Source: Cetorhinus maximus
Taxonomy: Eukaryota
Assembly (NCBI RefSeq): GCF_964194155.1
Contig: NC_135893.1
Location: 58,404,001-58,468,000 of the forward strand
Length of the DNA: 64,000 nt
Direction of reading: 5' to 3'
Both the position numbers and the translations under genes were made by a program. Of this stretch, positions 38,763-51,954 are shown piece by piece (the first letter of the stretch is position 1; every line of letters begins with the position of its first letter). The notes below the pieces were generated by a model. The model did no database searches. It was not told the DNA's origin and saw only the letters and a program-made list of their open reading frames with translations.

Positions 38763-40499
38763 GTATCTGTCAGTCAATATAGATATTTTTGTAAACGGAG
38801 CTCTGTTTATTAAGAAATATGGTGGCGAAATTGCAAACTTTTTTATTTTGACCATCCGTTGTCCAGATGCCCAGGTCAGTTTAGACTCTTAAAATCTAAC
38901 TCATCATGTTACCTATTTCCAAGGTTACTGATGCATCAAGTATGTTTTGTACCATTTGTCATTAGCAGAGAGCTGGTGGCAAGAATTAATTAGTCCTGAG
39001 GAATAATTTGCCTGCTAAAATGAGATTTCCATTTTCATGGGTGTATTTTTTGCCACTGCTGCCCTGTCCCAAAAGTATATATTTTTAAAATATAATTTTC
39101 TTGCTCAGTGCTTCATATGTCCTAATTTTGAGTTGCTGTATGCATTCTGCATGTTTTATCCAACTGTAGCTTTTACATCAGGTTTAGCTATTTTATTTAG
39201 AAGAAATGATAGATCAGAACCAACATCTTATTTTGCATTCTATTGCTAAGGGAAGCCAGCTTTTTAAAGTCAGTTCTTTTCTTGCCATTTCTGTTTTGTG
39301 ATACAATTATGAACACACAATAGACTGATCAGGCATTTTACCACCCTAGACTACATAACTTAAAATGGACTGTGGCAGTGCTTGTGTATTGACATTTTCA
39401 CCTATTTCTGGACTGGGAGTTGTCAGGTAATGACCAGAATCGAGATTTCTTGTCTAACTTTTTTTTTGAAAGATACAAAGGAGCTCCCTAATTTTATTCT
39501 CTCTTCACTTGTTTCCCGTTACCCTTGTTCCTTCTAAATGCCAGACCAACCCACCACCACCCCGCCCTCTTAACAATCCATTCGAACTTTGAGCTTGTGT
39601 AGGGATAGAGGATAGTACAGTGTCAAGCATCCAAAGTCTTCACATAGATTATATAACTATGTTTTAAACAATTTTGCCTTTACTTCCATCAGTTGAATTG
39701 TTTCCATTTTAAAAATATCACATGGGCTGAAGTAAAACCACCAATGAGGAAACCGAGGGCAAAATGGATTTACAAAAATGCACTGGATCATATTATAGAA
39801 TTAGATCATTGTATTCAATAACTATATTTTTGTTAAGAAGTTTGGAAATAATTTCTTGTTTCTGGCTCCCAGTGATGTTATCAGCTTTGGTTATGGAATG
39901 GGCTGAATGTAGAATTAAGCCCTCTTGTTACTCTGGTTCCAATGATCTACTTCTATTCCATCCTAATAGGCAACTCCACCAACTGCAGTGGATTTCGCCT
40001 TACGTCAACTGTTACCAGGCCTCTTAAGTGACACTCAATTGAGTACTCGGTAATAAACCATTGTCTCCACACACTCGCATCAACTACTTCTGCTAAATTT
40101 TTGACAATCAGCTACCTAAATGAATTTCGCTTTTTAGTTGTGTGAAAGACAAAGACCCAAAATGCAGGATTCCGCAGCAGAGATTAAAAATAATAGGACA
40201 GAAAATGAGGTAAATTAATCAGTTGTGGCTGGTAACTCCAAAATGGCTGCACAGAGAGGTGAGTGAGAGTTTTGCAGTTGAGACCCTGAGCAGAAACCTC
40301 TGTTTTAAGCCATGGTTTAAACATGGTGTGGTTGAAGTGAGAAGAAGTGTGGTTAGGATAACCTTGTTGTTATATTATTGGGCTTGCAATTCAGAGACCT
40401 GGTTTAATAATTCACAGAATGTGAGTTCAAATTTCACCATGGGAGTTCAGATATTTCAATTCAATGGCGAATTATGATGTAGAACATTACTGGGAAGCA

Positions 40500-41760
40500 T
40501 TTATAATGGCGTTCAACAGAACCAAGGAAAAATATATATTCTGGCTCAACAGTAACGAGACACTGGCTGAATAAAGAAAGATATAAGGAAAAAATTGAGG
40601 GTGAGGAAGGGGATGTACGCTGCGTACATGGACAACATAAGACCAGGGAGAATACAAAGCAATCAGGAAAGAAGGCGAATAGGAACTATTAAATTATCAA
40701 GGAACATTAAACAAAGTCGTAAAATATTCTACAGGCAAAAATTTTAAAAATGTTTGTATGTTAAGGAGCAGTTAGAATAAAACCAAAGGCAAGGATAGCT
40801 AAATGGAAGAAATAAAATAATTATTTTGTTTCACTATTTAACCACTGAGTTGGATCAAGTGAACATGATATTGGAAGATAAGATTAGAAATGATATAACC
40901 ACATTTTAAATAAAAAGAAATATTAAAGAAGCTAATCGAAACTCAGGATAAAATCCCTGGTCTGGATGGATTGCATCACAGATTTAGAGAAGAGATAGGA
41001 GAGACTGTATTACACAAATTTAATATATTTTGTTTAAAAAAGATGTAGTGCCATAGGACTGATTGCTATCTATATTTAAAAAGGAATGTCCAAGGAACTA
41101 TAGATCAATTATCTTAAGATCAACATTAGGAAAATCAAATCTTGCTTCACTAGCCTCATTGAATTCTTGGAAGAGGGGTAGAATTGAAAAGTAGAGAGGT
41201 TCTGCTCAACTTGTTTTGGACCTTGATTAACCGATATCTGGAATACTTTGTACATATGTCATATAAAATGATACAGAGGGACTGGAGATGGTACAAAAAA
41301 TGTTTACAAGGGTAATACCTGATGATGCAAGCTTTTACCTATCGGGAAAGGTTGAACAGGCTGGGTCTCTTTTGTCTTGAAAAGAAAAGGCTGAGGGGTA
41401 ACCTAACAGGTGGTCTTTTAAAATTCTGAAAGGTTCTGATTGCGTAGTCAGAGTGGGGAAGAGCAAAACTAGACCCCATCACCATAAGCCAGTCACCAAG
41501 AAGTCAATTGAAGAATTCAGGAGAGACTTCTTTACCCAGAGGGTGGTGAGAATGTGGAACTCATTATTCACCTGAACTACTCCTTGAAGTAGTGTAGATA
41601 AATTTAAGGGGAAGCTAGTCCAGTTTATGAGGAAGAAGGGAATTAAGGAGATTATCCTGATAAAGGTAATTGAGGAACAATGGGAGGAACCTTAGAGCAT
41701 AAATGCCAGACGTTTTGGATGGGCTGAATGGCTTATTTTTGGGCTGCATATACTATGCAA
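40500..41760 (+). mobile_element. Heavily degraded CR1
   Basis: aatccctggtctggatggattgcat (.PG.DGLH), aggaactatagatcaatt (GNYR), ttctttacccagagggtggtgagaatgtggaac. Confidence 0.75.
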
Positions 41761-42115
41761 TTCAGTTTAAAAGTGAATTTGCCAACCATAACCGAGAATA
41801 ACGTGGTATCAGGACCAGTGACTGTTGTTTTAAAAATCCAATTAATTCACCACAACTGCAAGAACAACTTGCGTTTACATAGTGCCTTTAACACAAAACA
41901 TGCCAAGGAGTGCTATAAAACAAAATTTGACACTGAACCATGAGATATTGAGACAGATGATCGAAAGATTGGTCAAAGGGGTAGGCTTTAAAGAGGATCT
42001 TGAAGGAGGCAAGAGAGATGGAGAGGTTTAGGGAGGTAACTCCAGAGCTTAGGGCTGTGGCTGGTGAAAGTATGGTTACCAATGGTGGAGCAGTTAAAAT
42101 AGGATATGCAAGAGA

Positions 42116-43190
42116 TGTTGCGACCACAGCAGATGCTATTTGCTGAGCAAGCCAAATCCCAGAGGGAAACTTGTCTTACTGATCATAAACTTTTTTTGTA
42201 TTTTGAAAATGAGGGAAAAACTACTGACCCCAGAAGCATAGAATCCCAGTAACATATTTAGAATTTTAAAATTAAAAGATTCATTGACAAGAAGAAAAAA
42301 AAAACTAAGAACTCAAGATTAAAGTTTCACAGTTAAAACAGTTTTATAAAGCATCCCCCAAAAAACCCCCACTTGGTCAGAACACACAAGTAAACTACTT
42401 GGCAACAGCTCCCTTATAGATATTTAACCATAAAAATCCAGTAATATTACAAGGCAGTAACTGATGTCACTTTAGTAAAAGGTATACTACATGACTCCTC
42501 ACTCTCTTCCACTCCGCTGTGGAAATCCAAAAGAAAGATTAAGAAACAGGCTATTTTCTGAGACAAAAGACTTCTCTGGTTTGACTGGATGGCTGTTTCA
42601 GATTTCACACATTTTCTTGGCACAGAGCTGGTCTCAGGGCAACTCCCCCACACAGCCACCACAATTCAACAAAACATCTTTCCTTACATATCTTTTCCCC
42701 TTTCATCTTGGATTCCATTGTCCTGAAACACCTCTTTGAAGTCAACTTTTCCAAAATATAAAAGTCTCATGTTTGTCTATTGCATCCACTTTTGGGTCAA
42801 ATAAAATTTAATAATGCTCCCTTGTTTACTGATGAAACCTTTAAGTTGTATAAGTCCCTTGACACTTCCAAACTCCCCATTGAAATTTAACAGCTGAAAA
42901 TCCAAGTCTCTATCTCTTAATGCAAATTTCTAAACCTAACCTATTTACTTATAAATCCATTTTACCATTGCTTCTCATTATAAATGCATGCATCTAGCAT
43001 CTTTACTGTTCATCTCTCAGTTCCCAAAGGCAAACTCTTTACTAATTTAGTTTAATTAATTAATTTTAATTAATTTAATTTTAAGTTTAATTAATCATGC
43101 ATACACACATGCATGCATGTACGCACATACAGCCTTCTTTACAAAATGCCACCATATTCCCAAAAATATTTTAAAAAATCCATCTTCACA
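42116..43190. mobile_element. Probable solo LTR (1075 bp) inserted in an L2 3' fragment
   Basis: Starts TGTTGCGA, ends TCTTCACA, flanked by 4-bp GAGA (42112-42115, 43191-43194); interrupts an L2 tail starting ~41865. Confidence 0.65.
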
Positions 43191-43524
43191 GAGATCAAAA
43201 TGGAATGAGTGTTCAGATCTTGGATACAAATGTCCTTTTGATTAACAATGAGATTTCTTTCACTTAATCAGGCTTGTATGTGGCTTGTAGCTGTTTGAAG
43301 TCAAGCAATTCAGTTGTTTCAAACCATTCGAGAAGTAGGTCCACCACCATCACCATCTGAGGCCAGCTAGGAATGGGCAGTAAATGCTGGAAGTGTCCAC
43401 ATTTTGAGAATGAATGAAGTTCAACAAAGACTGTTCAGAGATATAGAATATTAATTAAAATAGAGAGGACAAGAGAGTTGAAGCCTGGATGTGAGAGAAG
43501 AAATGCATATCAAATGACACAATA

Positions 43525-44385
43525 TAAAGGCAAAATACTATGGATGGTGGAGATCTCAACTAAGTGTTGGAAAAAATCAGGTCCGGCAACATCTGTGGAG
43601 AGAGAAACTGAGTTAACATTTTGAGTTGAATATTACCCTTGGAACTGAAGAGAGGTATAAATGGAATGGGTTTTATGCTGTTGAAAAATGGGGTGGGGCA
43701 TGGGTCAAGCGGAACCTAATGGGAGATCAGGGAAGATTAAATACCAAAGATGTCATCGAACAAAAGGCAAAGGGATTGACAATGGTAGTTAGTAAAGAAA
43801 CAAAGCATTGGTCCAGAGTAGATGTTAATAGCAGAATAAAGGTCAGCTTTGTCTGGAAGCAAAAGCATGAAAACAAAATACAAACTGGCACTTTGGGGGA
43901 TGGGGGCTGGGGGAGTATCCAAAATGGAGAACAGAGTTCATAGTCTGAAGTTGTTGAACTCATTGTTGAGTCCACAAGGCTGCAAAGTGCCTATTGGAAG
44001 ATGAGGTGCTGTTCCTCTAGCTTGCATTGGGGTTCACTGGAACATTGCAGCTGGCTGAGGACAGAAATGTGAGCATGAGAGCAAGATGGTGAATTGAAGT
44101 GGCAGGCGACTGGAAGGTTAGTGTCATGCTTGCAGCCTGAGTGGAGATATTCCACAAAGCAGTCACCCAGTCTATGTTTGTTCTCCCCAGTGTAGAAGAG
44201 ATCATGTTGTGAGCAATGATGACAGAATACTAAATTAAAAGAAGTACAAGCAAATCACTGCTTCACCTGGAAGGAGTGTTTGGGGCCTTGGACAGTGAGG
44301 AGAGAGGAAATGAAGGGGCAGGTGCTATAAGGGGATGGATTGTTGGGGATGGTAGACGAGTGGAGCAGGGTGTCACGGAGGGAAC
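43525..44385 (-). mobile_element. Degraded Penelope-like element 3' part (GIY-YIG remnant and terminus)
   Basis: Collinear with the 50967-51858 copy (gttgttgaactcattgttgagtcc, ttccacaaagcagtcacccagtct). Confidence 0.8.
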
Positions 44386-45443
44386 AAGACACATTGTTGC
44401 TTTTATTCCTTTCAGCTGGAAGAGCTTCGCCAGAATTGCTAAGTATTCAAGCCTTAACCTGTGAATTTAATTTTCAACTTAAAAAGGGTTTCAGATAGGA
44501 AGTTAAAAATCTTAATTCATTTAATTTAGAATTAAGAAGACACACAACTGTACCATTGTTTCCATTCATGAGTCAATTAGATCTTAATTTGCTTGGAATT
44601 TTAAATAAGATGCATACTTTTCAAACTTGATTTTTTTTTAATGTTGAAAACGATAGAAGAAAGCAATTCATGTGCTGAAAGTGTGCTTTCTAATGTGATG
44701 CTTGATCTATTGTTAAGCTACAGTTTCAAATACTAGAGGCTTGCTAAGAATGTTGAACAAGTAAACTAAAAGTTGTCACAGAGTTTTAGTGCCACTAATG
44801 TACTTGTCCTAGAATTGGTTGATACTGGTATAAAAAGTGAAAACTCTTTAGTTTCTTCAGACTGACATCCCATTTTGAGGATCACTAAAATTATTCACCA
44901 GACATTTAAAAAAAAATTATTTTGAAGCCTTTTGCACTCATTGTTCATCAGCCTCTCGCTCTACCCAAGAAAGAGAGGAATAACAAACAGGCTTTTTTTT
45001 AATGGAGCTATTACTGTGTCACACTCCTCAGTTACTTGTGCATTATTTCTGTCTTCATGTGGATATCATAGTAAATAAATGGCTGCTTTCCTGACTTAAC
45101 AAATTGCTAAAAATTAAGTAGCTTTCAGATTTTTTGGGTTTCATGTGTTTCCTTGTGTTCCCATAAATGAATGTATACACATATTCAGTGACGTTCAGAT
45201 GCCCTCTGCAATGAGAGAAACAGAGAGACTTCAAGATTAATGGAACTGAATTACTGTGGTTGGGGAAAATTATTTTGAGGCCTAGGATCAAGTAGCTTGT
45301 TGTCCTCTTTTGAGTGTTTAACAAGTACCTCTGGATGCTGTGCAAGGATGGTAGAGGACTTGCTTTTCAACTAGTGCAAAGCAATTGGACAAACGTTTCT
45401 TCAATTAATTTGTAACTATCTATTGCAGGTTTTGGTCTGAAAC

Positions 45444-45632
45444 ATGGCTGAAAGAAGGCCTGGAGAGTCTTGTGACCAAGCATACCAGCAGGCCTGGCTG
45501 CAGAAGTGTAAACTGGCATATAACTGCAAGGAAGGGCTGAATGTAACCAGCTACACTGATGGTTCTACTGCATCAGTCGAGGCTATTAGACTTCAGGAAT
45601 TACTGTACAGAATCTTATGTCTCATACGGCTG
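45444..45632 (+). CDS. HELZ: HELZ-family helicase with zinc finger (possibly a paralog), first coding exon
   Basis: Acceptor tattgcag|G at 45429, in-frame TGA just before AACATGG, donor CTG|gtaaat. MAERRPGESCDQAY...IRLQELLYRILCLIRL aligns with recalled human HELZ MEDRRAEKSCEQAC...IKIESLLYRIASFLQL. Confidence 0.9.
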
Positions 45633-48600
45633 GTAAATACTTTATTTTAACCAAAATATTTATGTTTTGATTTGAAAGGTTTCACAGCGCTTAAAAATGT
45701 TGGTCTTGTTTCTCAAAGGAATCATTTTCCATTGATGCACTGAGCAGTGCAGGCTCAGACACAACTGATTCAATTTTTTCATTTGATTTCAAAAAATTGT
45801 AAAAAATGAGGTTCAAAAGGACAAAAATGATGTCTTTATAAAGAAAAACCTGGATTTTCAACTCTAGATTACATGGTTTCCTTCCATGGTCCAAGTTAAT
45901 CCAGCCACAAAGTACAGTTTCTGAACCAGAATTATTGGATGCTACAATAAAATAAATAAAAAGATGAAGGTAACTTGGGTGCTGTGGGGAAGTTGTTCCC
46001 AATGGTTTTGCAGTTACCCATTAAAATTTTATGTAAATTCAGCAGTGAATCATGGGAAGGAATAGAATGCACTATATTGAGGTACTGCACTGGCAACCTG
46101 GAAAATGGTTTTGGGCGAGGCAGTGGGTGGAGGAGTGGAAAAATACTTGGTTTAAGGCCCTTTTTTACAGATTGAAAATAATGCCTGCATTCAGGAATGC
46201 TTTGATTAACCTATTGAAAGCAACAGAGGAATCTTAAATGCCAACAGGACTGATGGGAATAAAGTTTGAAACCGCAGCAACAATTCAGACTTATTCTGAA
46301 TGGCTTCTCGTGTTTAGATTAAACTACTGTTTTCTTGAGTAACCTTGCTGTCTTCTGAGCCAAAACATGCTTATTATTTGCCACATATGGATTAATACAG
46401 CACTGGTTTAACAGTTACATCTGACTCATGATGAATTGCTTGCTGGAGAATATGTGAGATGGCCATCATATTCTGCTGTCACCTGAAAAGGTGGAGAAAG
46501 CAGCATCAGCAGATGACTGCATACAAAAAAAGGTCAATATTTATTAATGAATAAAAGCGACAAATCAGCCAGATACTATTTAATGCATTATGCCATGGAG
46601 AAATAGAACTAATTAATTTACCATATTCCAAAAAACTGCTTCTTACACCTGTAGGTAACACCCTCCTTTGTATTAAACAGCTTTCTGTCTCCTATTTCAT
46701 TTGGGATGAGATATTGCAAATGGAATGCATGAGCTTCAAATATCCATGAAGTTCATGACTGTTTAGGACAGGATTGAGGAATATTGAAAAATAAGCAAGT
46801 ATTGTACCTTTTTGGGCTTTAAAGACAAGACAACAGGTGCTTATGAACAAAGGCAGAATACATGAGAATATGTAAAGCTTAGCACCATCTGCATCATAAG
46901 TACCTGATAAAATTTGACTATCAACTTGCACCCAGCATGAAGCAAACCAGATATTCTTTTCATCAGTAATTTCTAGACTTAGTATAAGTCTGCTCGTTTT
47001 GAATGTTGGATTGAAAAGGGAAAAGACCTTGTGTTTGTTAGCTATCAAAGAGCCCTTCTCTTAATTGATTTTTGAATAGAGGGCAGTGTTTCATTGCATA
47101 CAGCTATCAAGTCTCCTGCCTTCAATTCTAACCCTTAGGAAAGAGAGAGCAGCCACCTTTTAAAATAAAGATAAATTCCCATTTGGACAGATTTTGGAAT
47201 TTTCAAAATGCAGCAATCAAGCACTCAGTTTGTACTGAGTAATAAAATATATATTTTTTGAATTACCCAGAAGCATGGGGAGCCTATAACTTCTCTGTAA
47301 CTTTGGCCAAGGCGTTGCCATGGAGAATCAGAATAGACTTGCCAATCAATCAGCGTCCCTTTTCTGCTGTAGAATAAATCGTTGTGATCATTTGAAATTT
47401 GGCATTCTTGTGTTTGCCCTGATGAGTATAAGATGAAAAGCTTCAGCTACATGTATGTCTCTCTTTTCAGCCATATTCATGTTCTGTACTACCAAGTGAC
47501 TTAAAATATAATGCTTGATTTGAATCCATCATTTTAGTGTATATATATTTCGTCTATTCCATTCCGTTGAAAATTGCATTTCAATAACTGAAACCCATGG
47601 TGATTTCAATGTTTATCTTGGTACGTGTAAATGCACAAGCCTTACTTTACATCAAGATGCTGGGGAAGCCATGCGAGTTCTCGCAGCATTTCGTTTTGTA
47701 ACTACAGAAGGTAAAATAGATTTATATGCTGAAATTGTGCTGTTAGAACATAGTTGTAGGAAAAAACATACATAACTGGCATGCTTATTACTAATTGAGC
47801 TTTTGTTGTGAATTGTGCAGATTGTAGTGAAAGGCCATTTAGAAAGCATGATCAAATTAATTTTCCTTTTTTTTCGTTTTGTTAATAAATTTGATTAGTA
47901 AAAATACTATATGTCACATTCGTTTATGCATGTCATTTCTTGAGATTTATTTAATCTTTTAAGAGTTTATGCACTTCATGCAGGAAACCGATTTTCAATG
48001 TTTTGTATATATAGTTCAATGACCATATGTCTCTTTTGAAAATAAAGTAAAATGTGTAAGTGACTCTGCAGAAATGCTTTTCAGGAAGATAACCCAGTTC
48101 ATTGCAGGATGGATAATTGAAGTTGCAGCTTCTGTTTACCAGATGCTGTTTCTGTTGGCTTCTCCTTCTGTAGCTACTTATTTTATTTAATGTATTTTTA
48201 TTTTCTGTAACATCTACCTTGCTGCTCCCTTCTTCAATCCCTCCCCCCAGAAATAATATTATGCTTTACTCCATAACAGTGGGTTGGTGTCTTGTTCTTT
48301 GGCAAACCATTTTTTTGATCTACGGAAGGATGAAAACATTTTCATTTCCATTACCTTGCTAGTCCCAGTTGAGTCATTACAGGGGAAGAATTCTACTTGC
48401 AAACGTTGGAAGCAGGAAATTTAATTCTGTCAAGCTGTTCCTGGAAACCTAAAAACTGGAATACCCAAGGAGGCCATTTGGTCTATCCCACCTGTGCCAT
48501 CAACTGGAGTAGCTGGTTCTAATTCAATTTCTCTGCCCTATCCTTGTGTGAAATTTATATTTTATCCTTGAATTGTTACCCAGTTTCTTTTTTAAATGAT

Positions 48601-49297
48601 GCATTTGCCACTATCTCAATAGTTACTTCAAGGTAACAAATTAATAAAGTTTTTTTTTAAGCTCCTCTCTCTCTCTGTTCAATCTCCCAGTTATAATTCT
48701 GACTATATATCTCCATTTTGCTTTCATTCTAATCATTGTAGAATTGTAGCACAGCGCTCTTGGAGCTCAGTCAATACTGATCTCTAGCTACAAAGTGATG
48801 CACAAGAGTGACCCTGGAGAAACACGTGGCCTTTGTTGTGCACTTCTGCTGACATTAGGTACTTAGTGTGTGAGTAATCATAAACTCAGACTTCCTTTGT
48901 TCCACTCTGTGCCACAACACATTGGTATCCCTGTGTTCTGTGCTACCACTGTTGCTAAAATGGAAGAGTAATATTATTTGTAAAAGAGTTAATGGATCTG
49001 TTCCCTATGCTCTGTCTGCAGAGCCATGAGGCAAGCATCACATTTATTAGAGTTCATAGTGCAAGGATACTTTGTGATATTTGATACAAAATTGAAGGAA
49101 AAGAGACTTGCATTAAAATAGTGCCTTTATCTTTCTCAAACCCCCTAAAGTGCCCTTGTACAACAGACTACTTTTTAAAGCCATGGTTAAGCGGGTGAGC
49201 ACAGTAATCATTTTGCATGCCACAAGGTCCCTCGTAAGATGAATGGGCAGTTAATTTTTTGGCTGTGGTGGCTGAAAGTAGACATAGAGAACTGTCT

Positions 49298-49574
49298 AAG
49301 ATAAAAGCAAAATATTGCGGATGCTGGAAACCTGAAACAAAATCAAAAATTGCTGGAAAAACTCAGCGGGTCTGACAGCATCAGTGGAGAGAAAGACAGG
49401 GTTAATGTTTCGAGTCCATATGACTCTTCTTCAGATATATTTCACATTTTTCTTTCTCTTTAGTTCTGAAGAAGAGTCATACGGACTCAAAACGTGAACT
49501 CTTTATTTCTCTCCACTGATGCTGTCAGACCTGCTGAGTTTTTCCAGCAATTTTTGTTTTTGTTTTTGTTTGTG
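49298..49574. mobile_element. Inverted pair of Penelope-like termini with a 14-bp TSD
   Basis: ATAGAGAACTGTCT at 49284-49297 and 49575-49588; minus copy ~49298-49436, plus copy ~49446-49570. Confidence 0.88.
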
Positions 49575-50966
49575 ATAGAGAACTGTCTGTTCTTTGAAGA
49601 GTGCTGGAGAATCTTTAGCATCAATATGAGCCAACAGACAGTAGGCAGAGTCTTAGATTAATGTCTGATATAATGCAGCACTCCGGTGTGATATTGAGCA
49701 TCAATTAAATTGTGCTTGAACTCAACCTTCTGACTGAAGGGGTAAGATTGTTGCTAAGTCAAGTTAGTGCATATATTATTGTGAATGTTTTTCATTTGTT
49801 TATACATATCTCTGTTCACATGCGTGTTTGAAAACAATATAATTCATGCCTATTAACTTCCAAATATGTAGATTTACGGCTAGTATCTTGCATTCCTCAG
49901 TTTATGTAGTTGAAAAACAGGCAGTGTGCAATATTGTATATGTGTTTTTACAGCGTTCTGCTGGAATTAAATGGAGTGCAATATTACTCGTGTAATTCAA
50001 AACACATTCAACTAGTTTACTGTGAATTGTTTGACAGTCATGTCTTCCCTAGATGAGTCAGGGCACCTGAGAAGATGCAGGTATATTTTACTTAATAAAA
50101 ACTATAGGCTGTCTATCGTTGCCTGACACTGATTATTTCTTAAAGTTGCTAAACTGGCTTGAATTTTACTCTTGTGATTTGATAGAGACATTGTTTAGTT
50201 GAACTACTATCTGTAATTCTCTGTCAACTATCTGCTGAGTGTATTTTTCAATACTGTTACGGATGGGGAGAGGTGGTGGGGTAACTTTTCCCCTTTTACC
50301 TTACCTCTTGGTTGTTTGCAACAAGATGTATATTTTAGAGGGAGTGTTTTAAACCCTTTGGGTGTTGTGACTTTAAAGGATAAAACATAAAACAAGCTTT
50401 CGGATAAGTTGAAATCAAAAGACAAGATACACGTTTATTCACACAACACCCAGAATGTAAACACAATACAACACTCATTCCCTCAAACACACAGGCATAT
50501 ACACACAAGGAAATATATATTTTACAGATGACTTGTGCACTTCGATTTTCTTATTATTCTGTTATTAATCTATCACGTGTTTGAATTGATCCTTTAAGGC
50601 GAACTCGTTGCAGGCCTGGATGGGGGCCCTCTCTTGTGGTTCTTTGAAGGTGAATAGAGATTGGAAATCTCTGGATTTTCAGATGAAGTTGCATTCGAGC
50701 TTCTGTAGAAAAAAGAGATTTTTTTTTGCAGGTGGGAACAAATTAGCCCCTCTCCCACTGCCATGGTTGACTGATTGTTAGGCAGGGATCTATCTTCTTG
50801 CTGGAGGATGGTCCCTCTTGTGCCCTATGTGTCGTCTCTAGTAAGTTTTGATCATGTGATCCATGGTTCTATTATCCACACGGACGATATGATGTTAGAA
50901 GCCATTACCATACAATGGGGGATGTTCATACCTGCTTTTAATAAACTGGGTTCTCCCCAACTCTCT

Positions 50967-51858
50967 AAAACAAAAACAAAAATACCTGGAAAAGCTCAGC
51001 AGGTCTGGCAGCATCTGTGGAGAGGAACACAGTTAACGTTTCGAGTCCGTATGACTCTTCAACAGAACTAAGTAAAAATAGAAGAGAGGTGAAATATAAG
51101 CTGGTTTAAGGGGGGGTGGGACAGGTAGAGCTGGATAGAGGGCCAGTGATAGGTGGAGATAACCAAAAGATGTCATAGACAAAAGGACAAAGAGGTGTTG
51201 AAGGTGATGATATTATCTAAGGAATGTGCTAATTAAGGGTAGAAAGCAGGACAAGCAAGGTACAGATAGCCCTGGTGGGGTGGGGTGAAGGAATCGAAAT
51301 AGGCTAAAAGGTAGAGATAAGACAATGGATGGAAATACATTTAAAAATAATGGAAATAGGTGGGAAAAGAAAAATCTATATAAATTATTGGAAAAAAAGG
51401 GGGGATCGGAAAGGGGGTGGGGATGGGGATGGAGGAGAGAGTTCATGATCTAAAATTGTTGAACTCAATATTCAGTCCGGAAGGCTGTAAAGTGCCTAGT
51501 TGGAAGCTGAGGTGCTGTTCCACCCGTTTGTGTTGAGCTTCACTGGAACAATGCAGCAGACCAAGGATGGACATGTGGGCATGAGAGCATGGTGGAGTGT
51601 TGAAATGGCAAGCGATAGGGAGGTCTGGGTTATGCTTGCGGACAGAACGAAGGTGTTCTGCAAAGCGGTCACCCAGTCTGCGTTTGGTCTTTCCAATGTA
51701 GAGGAAACCGCATCGGGAGCAACGAATGCAGTAGACTAAATTGAGGGAAGTGCAAGTGAAATGCTGAAATGTTTGGGCCCTTGGACTGGGAGGAGAGGGG
51801 AAGTAAAGGGGCAGGTGTTGCACCTTCTGCGGTTGCATGGGAAGGTGCCGTGGTTTTA
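50967..51858 (-). mobile_element. 5'-truncated Penelope-like element with GIY-YIG endonuclease remnant, 15-bp TSD
   Basis: FTCTSLNLVYCIRCSRCGFLYIGKTKRRLGDRFAEH...QPSGLNIEF; TCTCCCCAACTCTCT at 50952-50966 and 51859-51873. Confidence 0.92.
51031..51069 (-). ncRNA. Minimal type I hammerhead ribozyme-like motif in the Penelope terminus
   Basis: AGTT-CTGTTGA-A-GAGTC-ATACG-GACTC-GAAAC-GTT-AACT: stem I AGTT/AACT, stem II GAGTC/GACTC, loopless stem III; one core mismatch to CUGANGA. Confidence 0.65.
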
Positions 51859-51954
51859 TCTCCCCAACTCTCTGTTAGCTTTCAAGCTATCACATACTGA
51901 GATGGAGGGGAGTGGGGTAGTTTCTGTAAATATCCAGACAATAAGGTGGTGGTG

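Larger units (their letters stand above)
50255..51894. mobile_element. Possible solo LTR hosting the Penelope-like insertion
   Basis: Begins TGTTACG after ATAC and ends ...TATCACA before TAC; TSD imperfect. Confidence 0.45.

Noticed and set aside
38763-38855. N-terminus of the 636-aa ORF as a real protein start
   Set aside because: Not CR1-like; appears to be flanking DNA open by chance.
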